Assembly: GCA_964035575.1 (NCBI GenBank)
Contig: OZ037847.1
Location: 496,001-560,000, forward strand
Source: Rhynchopus sp. YZ270_cl-10
Taxonomy: Eukaryota
Reading direction: 5' to 3'
Length of the DNA: 64,000 nt
This document shows positions 12,994-26,286 of the stretch, in pieces. A program made the translations under genes and the position numbers. Each line of letters starts with the position of its first letter. The first letter of the stretch is position 1. The notes beneath the pieces were generated by a model. That model saw nothing but the letters and a program-made list of their open reading frames with translations. It ran no database searches and was not told the origin of the DNA.

Positions 12994-14293
12994 TCAAGGA
13001 TTGGGATTGCGGTGAGATACCTCCTGTAAGGCCCTTCGATGCCTTGGTTGGGGTTTTTTCCTGAATGGTTTTGTGTTAGATGTGTATCATTCAATACTAT
13101 GAGTGAGATTGAACCTAAACGCCAATGAGCTCCGTCGGAGTCACAGCACACATTAGACTCAGGTCTCCAGCATACCTCTTCGCACGACTGCCAGGCGTCT
13201 TCCAGTTGAGAGTTCGTTGGCTGAACCAGGTCGGCTGCAGAATCGTACTTCGCGTAGTCAAACCCGGGTGCAAAGAACGGATGGGTCAAAATCTGTGTTT
13301 TTTTTTGATAGACAATCGCAGTACGGTGACCACGGTGAAGTAAATCACTGTGGTTTTTTTACTTTGTGGTTTCACCGTTGGTGAAACCATAAGTCAAATC
13401 ATTTGCTTTACCGTCGTGTGCCCACTTTGGGGTGAGGTCTATCCGAAATGTTTGAAGCCTTTTGAGCGTCATTTTAAAAAAACACAGATTGCGGTAAAAA
13501 GCCCTTTTCTTTTACATACCTCCTCAATGGAGATTCTCTCCGCAGGCTTGACTGCCATCATCCTTGCAAGCAGTGCCTTTGCGTTTTTCGAGAATTTACT
13601 GCTGATGCGGTACTTGCCACCCTCAATCATGTCGCAGAGCACTGCCATGGACTTATCCTCAAAGGGGAGGTACCCTGCGAGCATCGCGTACAGCACGACC
13701 CCGGAGGACCAGATGTCTGCACGCTTTCCGTCGTAGCCTGTTGCTGCGAAAACCTCTGGCGCCATGTAGTTTGGTGTGCCGCACTTTGTCTTGAGGAGCT
13801 GTGCGCTCTGCGACTCGCCGTTGGTTAGTCTGGAGAAGCCAAAGTCTGCAATGATGAGCTCGTCTGTTGGGTTGCGGAGGAGGAGGTTCTCAGGCTTCAG
13901 GTCGCGGTGTGCGATGCCCTGGTGGTGGAGGTAGGAAAGCCCGCTGATGAGGTGTTGGAAGTAGCGTCTTGCTCTGTCTTCTTTGAAGTACAGCGCCTTC
14001 ACAAGTGCGTCAAGCAAATCACCCCCATCAAAGAACTCCAACACCATATAAATGTTCTTCCCCGTCTGCAGCACATCATAAAGCTGCATGACGTTCGCAT
14101 GGTTGAGCAGCTTCATCACCGCAATCTCGCGCCGCAGGTGTTTCTCGTAGCTGGGGCGCTCGAGGCTTTCCTTCGCGATGATCTTGATTGCGAAGTGCTC
14201 GTTTGTGTTCGTGTCCGTCCCCATCTTCACCTTGCTGTAACTGCCATTACCGAGAAGCTTCCCCAGCTCGTATTGTCCGATCTTCTTTGGCAT
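12994..14293 (-). CDS. SNF1/AMPK/CIPK-like (CAMK group) Ser/Thr kinase; intron 13293-13519, probable second intron 13024-13175 (3' end uncertain, 12867 if unspliced)
   Basis: LGNGSYSKV, AIKII, HRDLKPENLL, ADFG, TKCGTPNYMAPE and DIWSSGV motifs. Splicing gives the canonical kinase end ISIEE|ILTHPFF. Confidence 0.88.
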
Positions 14294-15713
14294 AGTAAAG
14301 GGAAGAGAAAAGAAGGGACAATGAAGGGGAAAGGTGCGTATCTGTATTTAAAATGGTGGAAAGACTATTTTGCAAATTTGCAGACTCCTAAGGGAGAAAA
14401 GGGGGAAAATTGCAACTTTCTTTTTGTTTTTGTGTTTGTATTTGATAATGTATTTGGGTGACCTCTCTATCACGCAAGTCGACAAGTGACATATCCATGT
14501 GCGTTCTAGGGGGAAAAGAACCCTTGCAATATTGTTGTATTCAACAATCACTGTACATCCATGTAAAGTGTATCACGTAGAAGCATTGTGTTTTTTTTAA
14601 AGGCACAACAAATAATTTTTGTTGTGTTTGGTGAAAAGAGGTATCTGGGGCACTAAATGGATTGCCCCCCTCCTCCTTCACCCTGGCTCATCATCAGATG
14701 ATTTCTCTTGGGACAGAAAGAAATTTGGGGAGGGAAACATATACCAACTACCAGCCCCGGATGAGCACAAAAAAGAAAACCCGAACAGCAACAAAGCCGA
14801 GCACCTCAAGCAAGTCACAACCGCATTTTTTTTTCCCCCCAACATTTTTTTTTTGTCAGTACCCCCTCAATATACTCGCCCTCCGTCCGCTACTGCGTTT
14901 CAGTGATGGCCCGCAACCACCTTTTTCTCCCCGTAGATCCACGCCCCGCCCGGCTAATGATACAAAAAAGAAAAAGAATCAAAATTAAATGTGAATTGCA
15001 CACATACAAAGATAGAGAACGTTGTGAAGACTCGACTGCAGAGGCACTGAATAAATAGTAGCCTAGCAAGCATAACACCACGTTCAACAGTAGCGCGTGG
15101 TGTTAAGCAGGAAGGACCAATTCTCTGTTTTAGTATCGAAAAAGCACCAACAGAAATATATCTGAAGGCTTCTCTCCCCCCCCATCCCGCACCCTCATCT
15201 CGAGTTTTGCCGTGCATCTCTCAGTTGGTTAGTGCAACATAGCGCAACACAAAAACAAAACAAACAAAAAATGCAAACATTTGTCAGAAAGAACACCTTC
15301 ATCGTTGTGTGGGAAAAGTGAGAAAGGGGAGGAGGGGCAAGTTGTGGTGTTTGGAGAAAAAGGTGACATTGTACAGAAAGGAAAACGCGTAAGTCTCTCT
15401 CTCGCGATTTTTGAAATATGTATGGGGCTTTCCCAGGACCAAACAGGGGGGGGCATTTTCTTGCAGTTGTGGTATAAAAAGCCCTCAAATTATGAAAACC
15501 GCGAAAGCAACATTTTTTTCGGGTTCGTGGATATGGGAGAGACGGTAACAAAAAAAACGAAGAAAAAAAAAAAAGATTGGGCGATCCGTTAGTTTGTGCA
15601 CAGCCGGGGTAATGTTTTTGTGTGAACTACAGTCAGATTGACGTCGTGCAATACATACTAACATAAAAAGTAGATGGGCTTTTTACACGGATGACATATT
15701 TTTAGAGAACTTT

Positions 15714-17313
15714 TTACTCTTCCTTCTTCTTCTGTGGTGGCTTCGGGAGGACAGACGAGACTCCAATGAGAATCACCGAGATAACGTGCGGGATGAAGTA
15801 GAGGTTTCTCCACACCTGTAAAAGTAAGGGTGAATTGTTGTTTGCAAAAGTCTGACATACTCCAAGTGTCGTCCAAATTTCGTGGAACACAAACGGAATT
15901 CCAATGGTGTTGAGTCCAATGCCGGTGAAGACGTATGTAATCACGTCGTACAAGAACTTCGCGTTGTAGTGGATGAACCACGGGCGGATCTTCGAGCGCA
16001 CGCTGCGCATGACGAAGTGGAAGAGAGTTCCGGAGACGAAGAAGATGTAGAAACCGGGGTAGAATCCTGTTGGGTTTTGTGCAAGGTTTAGGGCTAGTGG
16101 ACAATTTTGAAAAACAAAGGTACATACCGTGCCAGAACGCCGACGTCATCTGTGTGACAAGCGTCTTGAGGTCGAATCCACGAAGGAACTTGGGGAACTT
16201 GTCCTGGTTGTCGGCCACCCTGATGTAGAAGACGTTCTTGAGCCAGTAGTTCACCCCCATGTTCCAGTTGTCGGTGACGGCCTTGAGGTTCTGGGCAGTC
16301 TCGACCATGAAGTAGTTTCCGTTGCTGCAGCCGTTCCACAAGTTACCCTCGGAGTCGACTGCCTCCTCGAACATGAGCACCCATGCGGTCGAGTCGGTCG
16401 GCTTGAAGTCCTTCTTCTTCCCGTTGTACGCAAGCCCCGACAGAATGCACGCAGAGTGGCACATGTACCACACAAAGAAGTACTTTGCACGGTGCAGCAT
16501 AATCGACCACCACACATAGATCAAACGAAGCGGGATACCCCATTCCAAAATCGACGGGTTCCCCGTGCCAAGCGGCTCAATGATGGCGGCAATAGGGATG
16601 TACGACAGCAGCACCTTGTTCATGAAGAGGATCACCAGCGACCCAAGGAACTTCCATGCGGCGGCTGCCTCTCTACCCGCGGGCACTTCCACCAATCCGT
16701 TCGACCAGTTTCTGTAGTTCCTGTACGCAAAGCAAGGACCGGCAACGTACGAAGGGAAGTAGAAGCAGTAGCTCATGAACTCCAGCAGGCTTGGGAAGAT
16801 CTCTGGGGTGATCTTGTCGTTGTCAAGCTCGGGGCCCCACTTCTTGTTGAAGACCCTGTTTTTGTCGTGCCCGTCGGACACAGCGAAGGCAGTGATCTGG
16901 AGTTTGACAGTCAGCACCATGTGCGCCATGGTGTAGTCAATGTTCCACTGCCCGTACTCATAGAAGTATGCGTACATGTGTGCGGCAGACATATGCAGGA
17001 AGGAGTACCCCAGCACGTAGAAGGGGTTTCTCGGGAAAAACTTCATCAAAAAGAAGCAAATGAGCGACGCCATGAGAGGGTGGATGGTGTCCTCAGCGAA
17101 GCAGATGACGCTGTAGGCCATTCCGATCCCGAGGGCGAAGATGTGGCGGGTGGTTCCTGCAGGAACGAACTTCCCGTGGATGTAGGCGAGGGGCAGCGAG
17201 AGCAGCATGCAAACGAGGAACTTGATCTGGTCATACTGAAGGCCACTTGCCTCGACCATTCCTCCGAAGAGCAGTTCATCCAACCCCAACGGGTCTTGAA
17301 GACCGAGCTTCAT
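15714..17313 (-). CDS. MBOAT-family lysophospholipid acyltransferase (ALE1/LPCAT3-like); introns 16067-16127 and 15816-15860
   Basis: Multiple TM segments, PSLLEFMSYCFYFPSYVAGP, WNMGVNYWLK. Splicing restores SAFWHGFYPGFY (catalytic His). C-terminal KKKEE. Confidence 0.92.
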
Positions 17314-18727
17314 AATGCCTATGTGATGCCTGGATGTGGTGGAATGTGACGATACGGGGGTAGGTACGACGCAATCGCAAGCAAAATGAACACCCTTTTT
17401 TGAAGTAGTTTTGTAAGCGACTCGCCATGCACATTGGGCTGCACAGCCCCATATCGAGACCAACGGGCCCGACATGAAGAACATGGAACAAACAACAAGG
17501 GATTTTTGCAGTAACACACTGTCGACGGCTCTTTTGCTATTAGCTGTTGGACATTATGGGGAGTGGGAGTGTGTTGTGTTACGGCAAATCAAACAAAAAA
17601 GAGTAGTTGCATAAAACGCATCTCCCTCGAGCTCATAGGGTGGGACACGAGTGGCCCGTACCGAAAGAGAACCCAACAAAAAGAGAATATAGGGAATAAA
17701 TGTGACTCTTGAACACACACATCTATGAACACTTTGTCCACACACTGCTCGCAACGTGGCAAGACGTGGAGGAAACATGGGGGGGAAAATGAAAAGTTTA
17801 GATACGATGACCCTAAGCCTCTCGTGCTTAGTCACCTCGATCAAAGAAAAAAAAATGGTGAAGTTGATAATGCGAACGCCTCTGTGGACGGAGGTATAAA
17901 ATGGTAGTTTTTTTAAATGTGGAGCTGATTGAAACGGTCTTTAGTTTAGACACCTCAAAGCAGTGAGCAAACTTCAGCAGGATGCAAGCACGTTAAAAAA
18001 CAAAACAAAACAAAAAATTTTTTGGGGGTGATCAGGTGTACTATTCTGCAACAAAATTCACAAACCAGGAAAATTTGTTCTTTTTTTGCGATTCGCATTT
18101 CGGGTTTTGCGAATTTTGTTCCAGAAACGTACTCATGATTACCCCAAAATTTGAAAGAAAAATCAAATTCACACGACACACAATGAACAATAGCCTGCGT
18201 AGCAAATTGTCCATTATTAGTTCCACACACATCACATACACACAACGGACCGAAACGAGAGATGGCCCGATTAGAAAAAACGCCACTGCACAAAAAAATA
18301 GTGGAGTTCATCCTCGGGTGTCTACACTAATACAACCAAGTTTTCAAAAAAAGAAAACACAGTTTTTTTTTACAATAATCTGTTGGTTTAGTGTAGACGC
18401 CGTTCAGACAGTCTTTACTCTACTTTTTTTTTACGCAGATTTTTCTTGTTTGCAGATTTTGTGTCACTTAGAGACAGAGGCTCCTACGCATTTCACAAGG
18501 AAACGGTAGTTATAACCTCAAAAATACAATAAAAAAAGGGGGGATATTTCTATTCGAATAATAGAAGAAGAGGATAATATTGAACAGAAAACGGCGAAAC
18601 GAAACACAGCAAGCTTTAGCACCACCTCAACGAGCCTCAACGAGTGAAAGACACCTGCAGATACCAGAAGACGCAAAAAAGAAGGCCAACCCGCTTAAAA
18701 GACGCGAACCCCTGAGCACTACACGAA

Positions 18728-19957
18728 TCACGCACGGGTCAGGCGGTACATACGGCTGTCATGCTCTGTGATGGGGTCCGTTGTGAACTGGCCCATCACC
18801 TGCTTGAGGTCCTTCTGGGTGTAGAGGTCACGCACCGACACGGAATCAGTCGCAGCAAACCCGAAGTTTGTGAGGTTGAGTGTCACAGGGGCGGTTGTGT
18901 TTGTGTTGCTGATGACGAGGGCTGCCTGGGTGTCCTCCCCAAGCACCTTGCCCCACGTCATGAAACCATCCTTCTCGACCACAAGACGTCCTGGGTGACC
19001 TGCCCACGTCTGCGACACAGACCGCACCTCCTTGTTGCTGATAATGTCCCACACACGGCTCACTGTTGTGTCGTTCGTCACGTCAAAACCAAGAATGAGT
19101 GGGCTAGAGGTGATAACCCAAGCAGAGAAGTGCGAGCGGTCCTCTTCATAGCTGGCAAGGTTCCCCACCTCAAGCATGTCGGGGTACGCCCACGAGCCGG
19201 GTCTGGACAGCGGGGTGTCCTTCAGGTATGGCAGCATCTTTTTCAGGTTCTTGTAGACGGAGGACCATTTGCTGCTGATGTCGCCGCTCACACGGTAGAA
19301 GTTGTAGGGGCAGTCCGACACACCGGAGTCCCCTTTGCATGGCGCGTCTCCTGTCGTCTGCCCAGGCACGGTGCCACCCCAGTGGCAGTTCTCGATCATA
19401 ACCGGCCGGCCTGTTGCGTTCAGCAGCTCCCCCCACTGTGTGAGGTTGCGGAACTGTCCACACCCATCCAGCTTGACGCCGTCGAAGCCGTACTCTGCGA
19501 CAGCCTTGGCGGACTGCTCCATGTGGAGCTGGATGTAGGTGTCGTTGGAAAAGTCTTTTTCGGCGCAAATACAGTTGTTCATATACCATCCCACCTTGAG
19601 ACCTTTGTTGTGTCCGAAGTCGGTCATCGACTTCATGTCTGGGAAGGATGCTGTGTTGATGATTGGATTGCCTGCAGCGTCGTGGAAGGAGTCGTTGTAA
19701 CCTAGTTTACAACCCTGCCAGTTGTCATCCAGGCCGACGTTGACAAAGCCTAGGTCCGCAATGCTTGTAGGTGTGCCGTCCACGGTGTGTGTGCGTGCTG
19801 ACACCGCAGACATGACGCCCTCCATCAACGTCTGGTTCACATGCCGTCCATAGCAATTCCACGACCGCCATCCCATCGGCGGGAGAAGCCCAATGCCATT
19901 GTCCACAGCAGACACTGTGCTTGCAAGCAGAACCATCGCTGGAATAGCGGAGCGCAT
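18728..19957 (-). CDS. GH27 alpha-galactosidase / alpha-N-acetylgalactosaminidase with signal peptide
   Basis: MRSAIPAMVLLASTVSA signal, then DNGIGLLPPMGWRSWN, LDDNWQ, GVKLDGC (nucleophile), RVSGDI (acid/base), YPDMLEVGN. Confidence 0.95.
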   Translation of the reverse strand: MRSAIPAMVLLASTVSAVDNGIGLLPPMGWRSWNCYGRHVNQTLMEGVMSAVSARTHTVDGTPTSIADLGFVNVGLDDNWQGCKLGYNDSFHDAAGNPIINTASFPDMKSMTDFGHNKGLKVGWYMNNCICAEKDFSNDTYIQLHMEQSAKAVAEYGFDGVKLDGCGQFRNLTQWGELLNATGRPVMIENCHWGGTVPGQTTGDAPCKGDSGVSDCPYNFYRVSGDISSKWSSVYKNLKKMLPYLKDTPLSRPGSWAYPDMLEVGNLASYEEDRSHFSAWVITSSPLILGFDVTNDTTVSRVWDIISNKEVRSVSQTWAGHPGRLVVEKDGFMTWGKVLGEDTQAALVISNTNTTAPVTLNLTNFGFAATDSVSVRDLYTQKDLKQVMGQFTTDPITEHDSRMYRLTRA

Positions 19958-20038
19958 TGTGTTGGTTGTTGTTGTTGTTGTTCTGAGTGTTACGGTGGTG
20001 TGATGTGGAGGTAATGAAGGGGAAGTATTGAGGGCAAG

Positions 20039-20139
20039 AAAGTTGACTTGAAATACTGTACCTTGGTACAATGACCGGATGCACCGGGGGGTGGACACCC
20101 CAACCATGCAGTCCTACATCCATTTCGTGGTTTACATCT
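20039..20139 (-). repeat. Dispersed ~120-nt element B, copy
   Basis: AAGTTGACTTGAAATAC...GTACCTTGGTAC...CCAACCATGCAGTCCTACATCCATTTCGTGGTTTACATCT, shared with 27134, 44068, 56047 and 61201; strand assigned from co-orientation with genes. Confidence 0.85.
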
Positions 20140-21047
20140 TATAAAGAAAAGGTTTTTTTGGGGTCGTTTTTTTTGAAGTATTGGCATAACCTGGCTTCAG
20201 AGAAGGGGGGAAAAAAAACATGGCTCGTTGCATACATTGTGACCCGAAGGGAAAAGGTGGGTTTTGGTTTTTTTTTGCACAATAACTTTTGAAAAGATGA
20301 AAGCGCTCCAAAACCCTGTCCTAGCGTAGCCCTTGGAATATGAGAAAAAGTAACGAGGCAACTTTTTTTTTTGCGTCTGCCCTCCCCCATTCCCACCCCA
20401 CTCTCTTGCTTCGAACAACCCCGCCAATACAGAGAGACAAAAGGAAGCAACAGACAAAGCACTACAACACACACAAAAAAAATGGGCTTTGTTTGTGTGC
20501 TCAAAGACCACGTTCCCCCCCACCCTCTCGAGACTCAAAGAGCTAAGTTTGAATCAGGCAACATGCACACATTGGGCCATATTCCCTACCTTTTCGGGAA
20601 ATACCCAAAAAAGAAAAAAAAGGCTGAATTCACACACACACACACCCGACCCCCTTCCCCAGAATGGCACGATCTCGCTTTGTCACTCATTTCTATTTGG
20701 TATATTTCGACCGCCCTTGAGAAGCCCCAGTGAACTACACATATCACCAGCCTTTTTTTCCCCCACATTTTTCTTTTTTCATCACCGTTCTTTTCTATTT
20801 CATATTTTCTCCCCATTTTCCCCTCGATATCACCACTTTTTTGATGATCGTAATTTGTTTTTTTTTTTTTTTTTTTGCTTTTTTTTTTGGAACAGGGCTG
20901 TCTGCAGCGAGAAGGGGTCAGTATTGTATGTAACAAAAGGGTTTTCAGACAGAGAGGGGGTATACTTTTTCTTGGGGGGGACTGAGGGTATAAGGCGAGA
21001 GAAGGCTTTCGGGAGTAAAATCTCCAAAAAAAAAAAAGAAGAAAAAA

Positions 21048-24000
21048 TCAACCATCAATCCGTGCGGCCTGAGCCTCCTCCATCGCTGCCTTTCGTTTTG
21101 CCTTGCGTTCTTCTTCCTCCTTTTGTGCTGCCTTCTTTTGTTCTTGCTCTAATTTCTTTGCCTCCGCGGCTTCCTTCCGTTTCGTCCGTTCCGCTCTCTC
21201 TTTGAATGTTTTGTCCGCAGCCTGGAACTCTTGCGAAAACCCAATAATTTGCTGGAAAAACTCGCCCGGATCGAACCCGATCTTATCCTCACCATAGAAC
21301 AACGCGAGCTTCGAAGTCTGGTCCGCCACTTGGTTGCTTTCTTCTACCAATGCATCAATTTTTGCTGTAAAAAAGTTTGCAATACAGGGCATATTTTTTG
21401 ATAATATTGAGCTCAAAGAATGAAAGATGAATGTGTCTCTCATGCATTGACAGAGAATAGACCTTCAGAATACACTATTGTGAAGTCTGAAAAGTTGAAA
21501 AGTGTGATAAATTTATGTGTTGGTTGGGGTTTGCGGAATACCTTCTGCCTCTGATATGAACTCCTGAAGGTATGCGGGGAAGCCGTCCCCTTCCTCGACG
21601 GGAAGGGCAAGACGTTTCTTGATGGCGGTGCTGCCGGTCTTGAGCTCCTGTACACCTTTGCTTACCTCCGATATCGAGACCACCCTAGCCTTGGACACAG
21701 GCTCGAGCTCCTGCGTGAAGTTCTTGAGCTCAGGGTTCTTGCCGTTGATCGACATCACGATGAAGTCCATAAGCGAGGTCTGCCCGTCATTGCTCTTCAC
21801 AGAACTCAACTGCGAGAGATTCTCCATTCTGAACCCCACCGCACCACCATGGCGGGTGCCTTCGTTCATGCTGTTTCCGATCATCAAAATGAACTTTAGT
21901 ACCTGTTTATAAAATGTAGATTTGAATAAAATCCCCGCCAAGCAAGCTATTCGCCGAGGGCAGAACCCAATGAGAATCATGCATAAAAAAGCAAGAAAAA
22001 ACCACAAAAAAAAAAAAAACATACCTCACCGAACTGGGTCTGTTCGTCAAGCAACAATACCAACGCGTTCGTGAAGAGTGTCATCCCTGTGGTCAGCTCG
22101 TCGAGCACCTTCGCAAAGTCCAGCGCGAAGAGCCACAGCCGGAGACGTTCTGCAAGGTCTGGCACCTTTTCACCGCTGAGGGCAACGAACTTCTCTGGAG
22201 TGCCCCACACAACGTCGGGGTTTTTCTCCTTCTCACGTATGAGGGCTTTGATCTCATCATCCTGTGGGATGATGGACTGCATGCCCTCAAGCATGTCGTG
22301 CGTAAGACGTTCATTGTCGCACGCCAAAATCGCCGCCACAATGTCCTCAGCGGGCATCTTCAAGAAGGTCAAGACAATCCCAATATTCTGTGCCCTCGAG
22401 TCCGAAATGGCAGTGCTCTTATTTGAGACCGGCTCCGCCTTCGTCACAGCCTTCTTCTTCTGATGGTTCTTCTTCTCAAACATCTCCTGCAGCAATGACA
22501 GATCGATCTCGGCCTCGCCTTTGCTCTCTTGCTTCTGCGCCAACGCAGTCCAGATGCTTCCCTCTGTCTCAGCGTGGGTCTGCTTGACCTGTTTCCAATG
22601 AAAGGTTTTCATCTTTGACACATTCGCACTCTTAAAACCAAACGTCGGTGGAGGGGGCATCCCTTTCCCTGGTGGCGGCGGCGGTCCCTTTCCTGGCGGC
22701 GGGGGTGGTCCTTTGCCTGGCGGGGGTGGAGGAATCCCTTTCCCCCCTGGGGGTGGCGGAGGCACTCCCTTACCTCCCGGCGGCGGCGGTGGGGGTGGGA
22801 CCCCTTTACCCCCTGGGGGTGGCGGGGGGACTCCCTTCCCTCCCGGTGGTGGTGGTGGAACTGGAGCTCCCCCTGGAGGAGCCGGTGCCCCCGGTGGTGG
22901 CGGCGGTGCCAATTTTGGCAACGGAGGAGGCGGTGGAGGAGCCTGCAGGGTGATCTCCCCTCCTTCTGGCGGCGACTTTGCGTGCAGCTTCCTTCCCCGC
23001 GGGGAGGTTCTCTGCAGGCCTATCGCACCACGGAAGGACCCCTTCAACGCAGTATCTTCCTTGAAGATCGCGTTCAACTCTTGATCGGTTGTCCCTTCTG
23101 ATATCGAACGTCGCGCAGGGTTTCCCCTCGACCCAAGATGCGACCCTTCTGGAGAGCCTTCAATGTGCTCTTCGCTCATTGTCTTTCTGCGACGTCTGGG
23201 GCGTTTGTTGAAGGAGGAGGATTCGCGGTGCAGGAGGTCGTGGGTGCGTTCTTGGAACATTTCGTCGATGCATTCACCGAGGGTTTGTTTGAGCTCGCGG
23301 ATTGCGTCAGAGTATTCGACTCCTTCAACCTCAGCTACAGCGCAGAAGTCGTAGTCGTCACAGTAAAACGCATCTGCATCCTCAGTGTCAAAGGTGTTGT
23401 TCGCCACTTCCTCCTCAGAGGAGAAATAGTCGTCATCCGCATCCCCTACCACCTCAGCATCATCCGGTGCACGGTCCACCATATCCGCAAGACACCGTAC
23501 ATAAGCCTCTGAGTTGCCTAAGTCTTTTTCCGTCATGCTTAAAGTGTTTTCCGGTACAAAGTTCAAAACAATATGAAAATCTGCATTAACCAATTGATAC
23601 GGTTTCGTGCAAGCGAAGTCAAGGATAGTGCGAGGTACCTTAAGCTGTGCTGGGCACCGTGGTAAGAAGAGGGTCGAGAAGGTGAAGCGGAAGAGAGGCT
23701 CCTTGCGGACCCGCCCGGTGTTGTGGTCGGTGAGGGGGACGGTGTAGAGAATCATAAAGTCCCCTTGGATATGCAGTTCGAGGTCGATAACGCCGTCTGT
23801 GAAGGGCACATCTGCATCGTTGATCGAAAAAATCGAACGCCACTCACCAATTGAACTGTCACGCGCCTGGATGTCGATGTCATACGATTCTCTCGCCCAC
23901 GACGGTACACTCACCAAATGCAACTTCGCCACCTGCACCGGCTGTTCATACGGTATATGCCCCGAAAACAAAAGCCCAAACCAATCAACATAACGCATAA

Positions 24001-24505
24001 ACGACGGTTCATAAACGTCCTGCACTTTAACCCCACGCGATTTAATGATCTCCCATGCCCGCTGTGAGTTAGCAGTCTCCAGCATCGATTTGTTCTGATA
24101 CAACAGCAGACAGGCGGCAATGAGAGGGGCAGGATCGTATGCGCGAAGCTGTGTCACAATAAGACATTTCTTGCAATGCCCTTCGCGGAACCACTGATGC
24201 ACATAGTAGCAGGTTTCAAGCAGTGTGTATAGGTCCTCCGCAAAGGGGGAAGAAAAGCTCTGCACATTGCCCTTGCTGAACATTTCTGCAACGTGCTGGT
24301 CGAGCGTGTAGTTCAGGACAATGTACTCCTGGCCGTACTGTTTGTCCAGCCATCGCGCGACCTTCCCCACCCCACCCAGCTTGTTCTTCTCCTTGGAGTC
24401 GAGCTGCAGCAAGTAAATGCCCTCCACCCCCGGGTACGCAAGCTTAATGATCTCGTGGTCCACAGAGGTGTTCCCCTTCCACACCTCCTTTATTCGATTC
24501 CACAT
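21048..24505 (-). CDS. Formin with N-terminal PTEN-like/C2 region, FH1 polyproline and FH2 domain; introns 21903-22024 and 21365-21541
   Basis: PSFMRYV and LHIQGDF...LFRFTFSTLFL (PTEN/C2-like); GGKGVPPPPP repeats; KMKTFHWKQV, RAQNIGIVL, IGNSMNEG...AVGFRMENL (FH2). Both GT-AG introns restore the frame. Confidence 0.93.
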
Positions 24506-24745
24506 TTTCTATGGTAGGGGGCGACGTTGGTGTATACTATATCATATGGAGGAGATCTTGTTCTGTACGGGTGATGTGTGATGGGATGGGTGGGTGAGGA
24601 CGAAGGGAGAGGGGTGGGTGAAGGGCTTGGGGTTTAGAGTAAAGAGTAAAAAAGAAAGAACAATGTTTGTGTGTAGGCAACTCAAACTTTGTGAAATGAA
24701 TGAAAATGTGCCTTTCGTGCACATTAAAAAGAAAGAAAAGTTTAT

Positions 24746-24780
24746 AAGATGATACTAAGCCTCTCGTGCTTAGTCACCTT
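24746..24780 (-). other. 35-nt stem-loop motif A (representative copy)
   Basis: Plus strand AAGATGATACTAAGCCTCTCGTGCTTAGTCACCTT; on the minus strand a two-helix stem with an ACGAGAG loop; >20 co-oriented copies in the window. Confidence 0.85.
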
Positions 24781-25340
24781 ATCATATTCAAAGAAAATGT
24801 GGCAAAGACCTGTAGAAAAGAAAAAAGAAACACCTTTGAAAAGGAAACTTTGAAAAGAAAAAAAAACGTGTCTTTTTTTTGCGAAACTTCACTAAAAGGG
24901 GCTAGGTTGTGTTATGCCACAGAAGCATTTCATTTTCTGCAAAGCGAAAGCCCTGAAGGAAATATTCTACATGGCAGCTATTATTCTCCACACGCCTGAA
25001 TAACGGTGGTGGGAGCGCGAAACGGAGTGGGGATGAGGAGGGGGGACGCTGTTTCTCTTCGGAAGAAAAAAAGAAACAGCGAAGTACCTTTTTGGCAGGC
25101 CCCTTTGAAGCTGCATCTTTGAAGACACGTTTCTTCTTTTTAAAAAAAAACGACAATAATAACAAAACCACATAAATGGTAGGCTGGAGTCGAACTGTCC
25201 ACTTTTGGGGACATCCGGACACACCCAACAATCCTATTCACAAAAATCATACTCCAAGCGCAAAGAAAGACAAAACTTTTTACCAAAATGAAGTCCACCA
25301 CCAGAACTACCCTTCCGTATTGTCCGCTTTTATTTCTTGT

Positions 25341-25709
25341 TCATTTCCCGGTGAATGAAGGAAAGAGCACCTCCATATTAGACCCACGTTGGGTTTCACG
25401 TTTCCATTTTTGTAGGTCGTGTCGGTATGACGTGCATTTGTGGTGCCAATCACGGAGGGAGGTTTGGTGGCGGAGCTCGGTCTGCTGCAGGGAGAGCAGA
25501 CGCTGCGACGGGGTGAACGGCGTGCGCAGTGCGTGCGCTGTACGCGGCCGGGCGTGCCAACGTGATATCGCACTGTTCTGCGTCTGCAGCACCTCCTGTG
25601 CCTGCACCATCGCACGGATATTGGACACCGCACCCTGGGAACAGGGCGACGCTATCTCTGGTATCTCACTACGCTTCATATGAGGTGGTGCCGAGGCAGG
25701 ACGTGCCAT
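25341..25709 (-). CDS. Hypothetical protein, 122 aa
   Basis: ATG-initiated GC-rich ORF on the gene strand, preceded by a pyrimidine tract and AG; no recognisable domain. Confidence 0.4.
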   Translation of the reverse strand: MARPASAPPHMKRSEIPEIASPCSQGAVSNIRAMVQAQEVLQTQNSAISRWHARPRTAHALRTPFTPSQRLLSLQQTELRHQTSLRDWHHKCTSYRHDLQKWKRETQRGSNMEVLFPSFTGK

Positions 25710-26286
25710 CAGATGAAATGGACCTTGTGAGAAAGGAGGCGGGGGAAGGTGTAAATAAGAGTGCTGTTCTTTGGTAAGGGGGTAATAAAGGACGAAGCAA
25801 AAGAAAAAGAGTGTGTCGCTATGAACTCAGAAAGGTTGAGAGATGAATGTCGCCCTCGGACGGTCATTACATGATATAGACTCTCGGGAATCAAATGAAC
25901 ACGGCCTGGCGATAATAAAGGAAAACACGCCAGAGAGCAGTCGCTCTGCCAGCGACAGACCACCCGCTTGCAGTGGAGCTCTGCGGGATCGTTGTGGGGG
26001 AACTACCGTTCCGGGGCGGCAACTTTATTGTTCCATTGCCAAATGGATCAGAGACCCCTTGAATTGGAGATAGGAGGCGGGTACAGTAGACTATGATTTT
26101 GAGCAGAACAGAAAAGTTGACAAGATTAATATGCCACACATCTTCCGGAACACAAAGGGAGAACGGTTGGCCTGCTGTGCTGTCTATTACAAATAGGGGG
26201 ATAGGGGGAGGCAATAGTTTGTCAAACATTCTACACACATAAATAATCTACTGAAGGGGGGTGGGGGTGGGGTGGGGATGTGGGAA

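Noticed and set aside
16129..17349. 406-aa plus-strand ORF (and similar ORFs at 18761-19705, 27881-29350, 37034-37816, 38682-39551, 50128-50904, 57049-57849)
   Set aside because: Antisense shadows of real minus-strand genes, explained by codon bias or repeats.
15658..17517. N-terminal extensions given by the ORF track (also 20107, 30697, 36272, 41042, 42598, 46848)
   Set aside because: Non-ATG starts reading through acceptor tracts; the true ATGs are downstream. No evidence for stop-codon reassignment or frameshifting, since canonical introns explain every break.
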